Virus record (IMG/VR): IMGVR_UViG_3300035698_010959 | Strand: one strand, 5' to 3' | DNA: 64,000 nucleotides | Source: a virus | Shown: piece by piece, positions 58,048 to 64,000 of the stretch | Layout: each line of letters opens with the position of its first letter | How positions within the stretch are numbered: the stretch's first letter is position 1 | Notes under the pieces: generated by a model | Seen by the model: the letters and a program-made list of their open reading frames with translations, nothing else | Databases searched by the model: none | Told to the model about the DNA's origin: nothing | Translations under genes and position numbers: made by a program

Positions 58048-58656
58048 CTATACTTTGTTGCTTTCTTCTTTTTGAGTTGCTAACCAAAATCCAAGTAAAC
58101 ACCCTATTGAACAAAAGGATGTTTTCTTATGCGCTCGTCTAACATGCAGTGCTCCGTCTTCTGGCAACGGGTCACTACAAAACGAGCATGGTGTTTTATA
58201 GACTTCACTAAGCCTATCTTGGTGTTGTAGTATTAGTTCTTTAAGTTGTGTAGATGTTAAGTTATCGTTAACTGCTTTGTCTATCCATACAAGGGGTTCA
58301 TCTGTTCCTGCTGCGTATCTATAGTGACTCCATGATAAATTAGTCTTTCGTGATCCTCTATCTGGAAACTTAGTAGATACCCATTTATATTGCCTCAGTG
58401 TTCCAGGGCGTTCTCCTATATCAAGCGCTAATTGATCAAGAGGAGTTCGTTTATCAACGGCATTATTTGGTTCATTACCTAAATCCTTAGACACTTTATA
58501 AGCCAGATCCCCCATTGCCCATTGGCTGTTGTCTTGAAGCTCACGAAGAACTGTTCCTTTAGATACGTGTTCTTCATAGCTTTCTTTGCGAGCATTACTC
58601 GCGTCTATTTCTGCTGGTGGAATTGCGTAATCGCTAATATTTATTTGGTCCTGCAT
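58048..58656 (-). CDS. LmbU-like DNA-binding protein with a C-terminal Zn finger
   Basis: SQWAMGD...TLRQYKWVS..FP...R...LSWSHY..AA...WI..A....LT..QL; CSFC...FCSIGC. Confidence 0.65.
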   Translation of the reverse strand: MQDQINISDYAIPPAEIDASNARKESYEEHVSKGTVLRELQDNSQWAMGDLAYKVSKDLGNEPNNAVDKRTPLDQLALDIGERPGTLRQYKWVSTKFPDRGSRKTNLSWSHYRYAAGTDEPLVWIDKAVNDNLTSTQLKELILQHQDRLSEVYKTPCSFCSDPLPEDGALHVRRAHKKTSFCSIGCLLGFWLATQKEESNKV

Positions 58657-58743
58657 ATATATACTTTCCTTCCCAAAACTTTTTTATATACTTCTATCAT
58701 CATCGTCGTCGTCGTCTCATAAAATACAAAGTAGTTTATTCAA

Positions 58744-58765
58744 AGGAAATCTTTAAAGATTTCCT
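58744..58765. promoter_or_regulatory. Perfect 22-bp palindrome, candidate operator
   Basis: AGGAAATCTTT-AAAGATTTCCT, just downstream of the minus-strand promoter. Confidence 0.55.
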
Positions 58766-58779
58766 CTTATCATATATAT

Positions 58780-58808
58780 ATTATAGAACATTTTACGAAA
58801 AAATACAA
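58780..58808 (-). promoter_or_regulatory. Sigma70-type promoter for the leftward operon
   Basis: Minus strand TTGTAT-17 nt-TATAAT. Confidence 0.6.
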
Positions 58809-59109
58809 GTGTATTATGCGGCTTTTACTAGTTTTTTTGTAATTTTTTTATAGAGTATCTGATCAACAAGAAGATTTGGTAAAATCAGGCTCTCTCCACA
58901 AGAGAGTATGAATATACTTTCTTCACAAGAGAGTAAAATCAGGCTCTCTCCACTATATCTTCTAAATCCTCTCGACCTTATAGCTAACTAATTTTTTTGT
59001 AATTTTTTTTTCATAGAGTCTCCTGGTATATAGTTTGAGAGATAGGGGGGTATGTATCTTTAGAGCCCCACCCCTCTCTCAGACAAATAAAACAAAGGAG
59101 TATATGATA

Positions 59110-59553
59110 ATGAGTATTAAAAATGCAATCCAAGTAAATAGGCTAAGACGTGAGGCCAGAAAGATCTTAGATCTCAATGGTCTTTCACATGTCGAGCTAA
59201 CAACTGGTAGTTACTTTGTGTTTCACGTTTCTACTAAGGACACGACTCCATCTATAGAGCTACCTGGTAATGTGTCAAGTGTGTTATCTTTCCTGAAGAG
59301 TAATGGAGTAACTAAGACGTTGAAGGAAATTCTATATCATGAGATAGGACATGCAATAGACTTTAACATACGAGGATATGATGCACTGCATAAGGATATG
59401 GTAGAGATGCATTGCCTCTATAGCGGTATTGTGGAAAGATGTGGAGATGATGTGGCTGCTGGTCAAAGAGAATTAGAGAATCTCCCATTAGAAGCAACAG
59501 CAAATAGGATAGCGGCTGGTCTTATTAAGGAAGGTGGTGTGTATAAGGTATAG
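59110..59553 (+). CDS. HExxH zinc metallopeptidase-like protein (ImmA/IrrE-like motif spacing); start revised
   Basis: SD AAGGAG at 59095-59100; LYHEIGHAID...LEATANRIA. Confidence 0.7.
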   Translation: MSIKNAIQVNRLRREARKILDLNGLSHVELTTGSYFVFHVSTKDTTPSIELPGNVSSVLSFLKSNGVTKTLKEILYHEIGHAIDFNIRGYDALHKDMVEMHCLYSGIVERCGDDVAAGQRELENLPLEATANRIAAGLIKEGGVYKV

Positions 59554-59566
59554 CAATAGGGGATAA

Positions 59567-59624
59567 CATAGTCTCTATACACATGGGGATTAAACTCACT
59601 ATCTCTCGGTCTAGAAATAAGGAG
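59567..59624 (+). repeat. Conserved structured leader element, copy 1
   Basis: CATAG-TCTCTAT-ACAC-ATGGGGA-TTAAAC...TCTCGGTCT-AGAAATAAGGAG. Confidence 0.85.
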
Positions 59625-59632
59625 TAACTTGA

Positions 59633-59863
59633 ATGTTTAAGTATAATAAGCTGAATGTAGGGCTGTTCATAGGGTTGACGATTGCTGCTGTATGTGGTGG
59701 CATATCGAGATTACCTGTTAATGCTAATGAGTGGCTTATTCTAAGCGCTCTATGGGGAAGCACGTTCTTCCTCGTGTTTCGTAGATGGTCAACAAAGAAG
59801 TCTTGGTCTGTAGACATGGTAGTAAGATGTGTCTGCAACTACTGGAGGGCAAGCAACAACTAA
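59633..59863 (+). CDS. Small membrane protein
   Basis: Two hydrophobic helices; SD AAGGAG. Confidence 0.65.
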   Translation: MFKYNKLNVGLFIGLTIAAVCGGISRLPVNANEWLILSALWGSTFFLVFRRWSTKKSWSVDMVVRCVCNYWRASNN

Positions 59864-59871
59864 CTAGTATC

Positions 59872-59901
59872 TAACTCTTCTCGGTCTGTATGAATAAGGA
59901 G
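59872..59901 (+). repeat. Leader element, partial copy (3' module only)
   Basis: TAACTCTTCTCGGTCT...AAGGAG. Confidence 0.75.
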
Positions 59902-59908
59902 ATATCAA

Positions 59909-60160
59909 ATGTTTGGATGGATGGTAGTAATAGGTCTCGCTTCTGTTCTCACACTTACAGTGCTGAGAATGTTTCTTCCTCCTAGACCTAGATGGGGGCG
60001 AGTAGGGCTAGCAGTAGTTCTCTTCTGGGGACTGATAGTAGCTATCAATGTTGTAGCAGAACAAGCTGCTAGTCCTTTGCTGGATGCTGGGGATGACCTT
60101 GCTAGACGAACAGCTGCTACTAATCTAGTAATTGAAGAGAACAATTATCTCAGTTACTGA
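59909..60160 (+). CDS. Small membrane protein
   Basis: Two TM helices; SD AAGGAG. Confidence 0.7.
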   Translation: MFGWMVVIGLASVLTLTVLRMFLPPRPRWGRVGLAVVLFWGLIVAINVVAEQAASPLLDAGDDLARRTAATNLVIEENNYLSY

Positions 60161-60178
60161 TGTGTAGCATCTACTATG

Positions 60179-60235
60179 CGAAGCTCTATGTTTATAGAGT
60201 TAAACGTTTTTCTTCTTCTCGGTCTAGATTGGAGG
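60179..60235 (+). repeat. Conserved structured leader element
   Basis: CGAAG-CTCTATG-TT-TATAGAG-TTAAAC...TCTCGGTCT-AGATTGGAGG. Confidence 0.85.
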
Positions 60236-60246
60236 ATAAATGGATT

Positions 60247-60468
60247 ATGAGTGCCTGCATTCGGTTTTCTGGTAACGCAGTTGGAGGCTATATCCCAGCA
60301 TCTAATTTGGCAGCTATTGTATCTGCTGCTGTTCTTCAAGGAATTAATCCTGTAAAAGGGATTAAGAGTCTCTTTGGATCACAGGCAAGAGAAACACTTG
60401 CTTCTGCTCTTCTAGAGGCTGCTCCTAGTGAGAAAACCATACTAGATAGTTTGATTGGCAAACTCTAG
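60247..60468 (+). CDS. Hypothetical protein (start revised to MSACIRF)
   Basis: The track ORF begins at 60160 but spans the leader element; SD GGAGG at 60231-60235. Confidence 0.6.
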   Translation: MSACIRFSGNAVGGYIPASNLAAIVSAAVLQGINPVKGIKSLFGSQARETLASALLEAAPSEKTILDSLIGKL

Positions 60469-60484
60469 TGCTACTATTGATTAA

Positions 60485-60540
60485 CGAAGTTTCTGTATAT
60501 GGGGATTAAACTTTTTACTTCTCGGTCTAGAAACTGGAGG
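60485..60540 (+). repeat. Conserved structured leader element
   Basis: CGAAG-TTTCTGT-AT-ATGGGGA-TTAAAC...TCTCGGTCT-AGAAACTGGAGG. Confidence 0.85.
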
Positions 60541-60545
60541 ACAAT

Positions 60546-60797
60546 ATGAAAGCGTTGGTTTTGATAATAATAATAGCAGTGTGTGTAATAATACTTATAC
60601 ACGAAGGCAAACCCGAACAGAAATGTTCTCAAAATAGAGCAAACTTTGCAGCAGAGACAACAGCAACTGCTGCTCCAATGAGATCAATAGTAGATGTGAT
60701 GTATGAACAAAGACGAGTTGGCGAGTGCGCTCGAAGAGAGTTAAAGGAGAAAAGAATAGCTGAGAAAAAAGCTCTTAAGGAAAAACGTGGGTATTAA
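60546..60797 (+). CDS. Small protein with an N-terminal membrane anchor
   Basis: MKALVLIIIIAVCVIILI; SD GGAGG. Confidence 0.7.
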   Translation: MKALVLIIIIAVCVIILIHEGKPEQKCSQNRANFAAETTATAAPMRSIVDVMYEQRRVGECARRELKEKRIAEKKALKEKRGY

Positions 60798-60800
60798 CTA

Positions 60801-60866
60801 CGAAGTTCTATACTTGTATAGAATTAAACTCTACTCTTCTCGTTTTCCTATCTCGAAAGGATAGAA
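60801..60866 (+). repeat. Conserved structured leader element (subtype shared with 62267)
   Basis: CGAAG-TTCTATAC-TT-GTATAGAA-TTAAAC...TCTCGTTTT-CCTATCTCGAAAGGATAG. Confidence 0.85.
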
Positions 60867-60874
60867 TGTAGATC

Positions 60875-61459
60875 ATGCTAAGACAAACTAATGTATTTGT
60901 AACCGGAAACAGCACAAAGGAAACATGTGATGGTGGCTGTAAGTCTAAGATACTGGAGTGTGTGAACATGGAATTAGAAACCATATACCTCTCTCCTTGT
61001 CAGTTCAAAGGGAACAAGACTAAATGTTCTCATGGTTCTGAGGAATATATTGGTGTTCCTTTCTCTGAGATTACTAAGGCTCTTGCTGTTAAGAGATCTG
61101 AAATCACAACTGGGCTGTTTGATGTTCAGGCGGTCAAAGCAAATATGGAGAGCAATCCTGTGGTATCTGCTGTTGCTTTGGCTAAGGCAATTAAAGCCAA
61201 GGGTATCTATGATGCTGCTAAAGCATTTTGTAATACTACTGTAACATCTACTAAGAAAGCAATAGGCGTTTCTATCCCTGTTTGTAAGAGAATAAGGGCA
61301 GGAAGCAAGGATGCTACGCTTATAGGCAGCAAGGCCGCTGTTGGGGCTGCTATGGCCGGTTATGGGGCATCTAAGCCTATAGCTAACAAGGCTCTGGTTG
61401 CTGCTAAGGGGTTGCTGAAGCTGCGGCTCAAGGTTATTAAGGTCGATCAATCTAAATAG
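60875..61459 (+). CDS. Hypothetical Lys/Ala-rich protein with an N-terminal Cys cluster
   Basis: 194 aa. Confidence 0.65.
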   Translation: MLRQTNVFVTGNSTKETCDGGCKSKILECVNMELETIYLSPCQFKGNKTKCSHGSEEYIGVPFSEITKALAVKRSEITTGLFDVQAVKANMESNPVVSAVALAKAIKAKGIYDAAKAFCNTTVTSTKKAIGVSIPVCKRIRAGSKDATLIGSKAAVGAAMAGYGASKPIANKALVAAKGLLKLRLKVIKVDQSK

Positions 61460-61487
61460 AGGTATTACTCTTGTATTGTTGTGACTT

Positions 61488-61552
61488 CATAGGTCTATCT
61501 TTATAGACTTAAACGACTCTTTTCTTTTCTCGGTCTGTATATGAAAGTGAGA
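61488..61552 (+). repeat. Conserved structured leader element
   Basis: CATAG-GTCTAT-CTTT-ATAGAC-TTAAAC...TCTCGGTCT. Confidence 0.85.
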
Positions 61553-61562
61553 ATGTATTGTA

Positions 61563-61769
61563 ATGTATAGTAGTTATGCTCGTAAAGATAGGCATCATCT
61601 CTGTCTTATGTGTGGGGCAGATCTCGACTTTGGTAGTCACTATTCAAATTGTGACTACAACAACAAAGAAAACCTGAGCCTGAAAAGGAAATTCTCTGCT
61701 TCTTACCTTCGTGGTCTAGAAGAAAGCATACTATCAAGAAACAGTAGAAAGGATAAAGTAAGTATTTAG
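61563..61769 (+). CDS. Small Zn-finger protein
   Basis: CLMCG...H...C. Confidence 0.6.
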   Translation: MYSSYARKDRHHLCLMCGADLDFGSHYSNCDYNNKENLSLKRKFSASYLRGLEESILSRNSRKDKVSI

Positions 61770-61789
61770 GTAACTACTAATAGTAATTG

Positions 61790-61819
61790 GTCCTGAGTAC
61801 GACGGTAAAGCCTGCTCAG
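61790..61819 (+). ncRNA. Predicted compact H-type pseudoknot abutting an SD
   Basis: GTC/GAC stem; the loop CTGAGTA pairs with downstream TGCTCAG. Confidence 0.45.
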
Positions 61820-61881
61820 AAGGAAATAACATGAAACAACAGAACTACACTGAGATTGAGATTTAGGAGGACAGTATTCTT

Positions 61882-62061
61882 ATGGGTATCTGTGTTGTAT
61901 GTGGTAAGAAAGTAGATATAGAGACTTCTGATGCTAGAAGTGCTTTTATTCTACTGACTGAGCGTGCTGATTATTATGGCATGGAGGCTCTTACTGAGAA
62001 CCAACAGGTTCTTGTTGAGGGTAAGGTTTGTAGCATGAAATGCTATCATGAGTTAGCATAG
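61882..62061 (+). CDS. 59-aa Zn-finger protein (not in ORF track)
   Basis: SD AGGAGG; MGICVVCGKK...VCSMKCYHELA. Confidence 0.7.
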   Translation: MGICVVCGKKVDIETSDARSAFILLTERADYYGMEALTENQQVLVEGKVCSMKCYHELA

Positions 62062-62080
62062 ACATGCGTGTGTGTTTTTT

Positions 62081-62132
62081 CGAAGTCACTATATTTAGTG
62101 ATTAAACTCTTTACCTTTCGTTCTTAGAAAGG
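62081..62132 (+). repeat. Conserved structured leader element
   Basis: CGAAG-TCACTA-TATT-TAGTGA-TTAAAC...CCTTTCGTTCTTAGAAAGG. Confidence 0.85.
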
Positions 62133-62139
62133 AAAACAA

Positions 62140-62238
62140 ATGTATATCAAGACAGAAGAACTTTACTTGTCTCCACTTGTTAAGTGGCTGATTCGACTTG
62201 CTGAGGTAGTGACATATGCTACTTCTAGACGCGCATAA
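62140..62238 (+). CDS. 32-aa small protein (not in ORF track)
   Basis: SD GAAAGGA; MYIKTEELYLSPLVKWLIRLAEVVTYATSRRA; has its own leader element. Confidence 0.6.
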   Translation: MYIKTEELYLSPLVKWLIRLAEVVTYATSRRA

Positions 62239-62266
62239 GAAGAAGATGGTCTCTTTTAACTATTCA

Positions 62267-62335
62267 CGAAGTTCTATATCTTTATAGGATTAAACTCTTT
62301 TCTTTCTCGTTTTCCTATCTTGCGAAAGGATAGAA
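62267..62335 (+). repeat. Conserved structured leader element (subtype shared with 60801)
   Basis: CGAAG-TTCTATA-TCTT-TATAGGA-TTAAAC...TCTCGTTTT-CCTATCTTGCGAAAGGATAG. Confidence 0.85.
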
Positions 62336-62341
62336 CAAATC

Positions 62342-62779
62342 ATGCATACAGTAAACGCTAATAACAGCAATTACGAGGAACTTGAATCTGGCAATTGGAT
62401 GAATACTCTTTGTGAAGGCATTCATCAGGCAGTTCAAGGTGACATCCCTGTTAGTCGAACAGTTACTATTCCCAAAGTTACAAATGGTAAGAACTTCTTG
62501 CCCAAGGTAACAATAGACTACACATCAGATAGAAGCCTGCATGCTCAGGTATTCTATTCCAACGTGTTTAAGGGAACAACTGCTGATAAGATGGTTGTTA
62601 TTTCAGCACAACAGAATGACATTCGAAAGTCTAATAATCCTGGAGCAACATTCAGGGATACAGTCTTTACTATAACCATCTTCAAGGATGGTAAGCCTGT
62701 TAAGGGCTATGACCGACGCCGAGGTATGAGAAAGTATTCCTCTGATAAGAGAACTTTCTTATTTGCTGATAAGAGATAG
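62342..62779 (+). CDS. Hypothetical protein
   Basis: 145 aa, SD AAAGGA. Confidence 0.7.
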   Translation: MHTVNANNSNYEELESGNWMNTLCEGIHQAVQGDIPVSRTVTIPKVTNGKNFLPKVTIDYTSDRSLHAQVFYSNVFKGTTADKMVVISAQQNDIRKSNNPGATFRDTVFTITIFKDGKPVKGYDRRRGMRKYSSDKRTFLFADKR

Positions 62780-62802
62780 TAGTAGCTGTTGTCATCTTTC
62801 TA

Positions 62803-62861
62803 CATAGGTCTACTTCAATTAGACTTAAACTCTATACTCTTCTCGGTCTACAACGAAAGGA
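62803..62861 (+). repeat. Conserved structured leader element
   Basis: CATAG-GTCTA-CTTCAAT-TAGAC-TTAAAC...TCTCGGTCT-ACAACGAAAGGA. Confidence 0.85.
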
Positions 62862-62874
62862 TACGTCGTTACTG

Positions 62875-63135
62875 ATGTATTGCAAAGACTGTGGGATTCT
62901 AACCAAAGATGAGGCTAAATACTGTTCTATATGTAAGAAACGTATAGATGACAAGCTTATAGAAGACTTTGATAAGGAATTCGCCAAAAACATAAAGACA
63001 GTAAAGAAATGTTGTGGGTGTCTTGCTGTCATAGTAGGTGTAGTTCTTTTGGTTATTGTTGTTATCTGGCAGGTGGATGCTGATAGAACAATTGTTGTTC
63101 CTGAAAGAGATATAACAATACTTCGTGGCTGGTAG
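62875..63135 (+). CDS. Zinc-ribbon membrane protein
   Basis: MYCKDCG...AKYCSIC plus a C-terminal TM helix. Confidence 0.75.
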   Translation: MYCKDCGILTKDEAKYCSICKKRIDDKLIEDFDKEFAKNIKTVKKCCGCLAVIVGVVLLVIVVIWQVDADRTIVVPERDITILRGW

Positions 63136-63167
63136 TAAAAGAAGGAGGCGATTTATCTATAGAGAAC

Positions 63168-63187
63168 AGGTAACGAAGTTACCTTTT
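63168..63187 (+). terminator. Possible intrinsic terminator
   Basis: AGGTAAC-GAA-GTTACCT followed by TTT. Confidence 0.45.
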
Positions 63188-63251
63188 ACACAAAGAACAA
63201 AGTTCTTTGGTTACGTTTGTATTCTAGTTTCTATTGGTACTGTTGTATATG

Positions 63252-63275
63252 GAGAAGATTTAAATAAATCTTCTT
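63252..63275 (+). repeat. Palindromic repeat family copy with a different spacer
   Basis: GAGAAGATTT-AAAT-AAATCTTCTT. Confidence 0.75.
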
Positions 63276-63410
63276 ATGGGATGCTATTGTACTAGTGTGT
63301 AAGTACGTGTCTGTATTTGTACGCGAAGTGCGGATACTTAATTGATTGATTGATTGATAATTTGTAAGTCTGTAACTATTCCCGGTCTAGAATAATGGAG
63401 AACAACTATC

Positions 63411-63719
63411 ATGATGACAATAGATGAAAGATATCTAACATCTAATACAATGAAGGCTATAGTGCATGATATGCATGAAGCAGCATCTAGTGATCTTGAA
63501 TCTCATAGACATAGAATTAACAATCTTAGTTCTGAGGTTGTTGAGCTTAATCGTAGGCTTAGTAAAGCAAAGGAGATAATATCTGGGCTAGAGCAAGTTG
63601 CTGATAAGTTGAAGGCTATGATGTATGAGAATAATAGACATTCAGATCAGCAGAGACGACTAGAAGCATGTGAAAGTCAACTTGATGTGCTTATGACTAC
63701 AGTTAATGATAATCTGTAG
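63411..63719 (+). CDS. Coiled-coil hypothetical protein
   Basis: 102 aa; preceded by CCCGGTCT and SD GGAG. Confidence 0.7.
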   Translation: MMTIDERYLTSNTMKAIVHDMHEAASSDLESHRHRINNLSSEVVELNRRLSKAKEIISGLEQVADKLKAMMYENNRHSDQQRRLEACESQLDVLMTTVNDNL

Positions 63720-63810
63720 TTACTAGCATTCACTCAGTTGTAAGTGTGTCTGTAACTTTTTTAAGTCTGTAGTTTCTCGGTCTTTTTTACAAAGGAGAAC
63801 AATGTAAACT

Positions 63811-64000
63811 ATGGCACATCAAAAAGATTTAGTAAAACCTTCTCATCTTAGATTGGAATTGGTTGTAGAAGGTAAGAATGTAAAAGATATATGTGATGGA
63901 TTGGCTGATGTTATTTCTTGTGTTGTTGGAGATAACAACATGTCTGGTGATGAAGAAGCATATTTCTTTGATTATGATCTACGTATATGTAGATCAACAA
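63811..64000 (+). CDS. Hypothetical protein, truncated by the window end
   Basis: MAHQKDLVKPSHLRLELVVEG... open to the end; preceded by TCTCGGTCT and AAAGGAG. Confidence 0.65.
   Translation, partial: MAHQKDLVKPSHLRLELVVEGKNVKDICDGLADVISCVVGDNNMSGDEEAYFFDYDLRICRST

Noticed and set aside
677-58722. Numerous plus-strand ORFs in the track (e.g. 2472..2990, 8673..9491, 25003..25602)
   Set aside because: They are antisense shadows of long, motif-bearing minus-strand genes, have Ser/Leu/Ile-biased composition and lack SD sequences.
59567-62861. CRISPR array interpretation of the repeated element
   Set aside because: Copies are separated by whole genes (about 190-690 bp), stems differ in sequence and no cas operon is present; only a solitary-repeat-mimic hypothesis is retained.
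59611-63032. Minus-strand ORFs in the right arm (59611..59838, 59905..60144, 60154..60339, 60974..61450, 62832..63032)
   Set aside because: Antisense to plus-strand genes that have clear SDs and leader elements.
63155-63295. 46-codon frame after a strong AAGGAGG (ATC start, IYREQVTKLPF...)
   Set aside because: No canonical start, and it spans a terminator-like hairpin and a palindromic repeat; it may be a decayed gene but cannot be supported.
59567-63797. Integron attC cassette array
   Set aside because: No paired RYYYAAC/GTTRRRY ends enclosing a long imperfect palindrome, and no integrase in the window.
1-64000. Stop-codon reassignment, tRNA or rRNA genes
   Set aside because: Long genes are intact in code 11 and use TAA, TAG and TGA as stops; no cloverleaf/T-arm or rRNA signature was seen by eye (tRNAscan not run).

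Overview
AT-rich segment of a large myovirus-type (contractile-tail) phage genome in the standard genetic code. Bases 1-58,656 are coded almost entirely on the minus strand. They hold a full morphogenesis module: intein-containing terminase large subunit, portal, prohead protease, scaffold, HK97-type major capsid protein, neck, two sheath paralogues, three tube paralogues, tail chaperones, and a 2,936-aa protein at the tape-measure position. That giant protein carries two inteins, a Cas4/AddB-like PD-(D/E)XK nuclease and an SNase-like fold. The same arm also holds an intein-containing family A DNA polymerase, a 1,786-aa protein with a DEDDh exonuclease domain, and accessory enzymes (amidase, ClpP-like, GT9-like, metallophosphoesterase, PPEP/ATLF-like protease). 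After a repeat-rich divergent intergenic region (58.7-59.1 kb), coding switches to the plus strand as an array of small, unrelated ORFs. Nearly every one is preceded by the same bipartite structured element: C(GA/AT)AG, a sequence-variable but always self-complementary 16-18 nt hairpin, TTAAAC, a pyrimidine tract, TCTCGGTCT, then the Shine-Dalgarno. Compensatory changes and G-U pairs that work only on the coding strand suggest a conserved RNA motif; this is the best candidate here for an undescribed system. A second dispersed palindrome family (GAGAAGATTT-N4-AAATCTTCTT) occurs on both sides of the strand switch. All assignments come from motifs read by eye; no searches were run.
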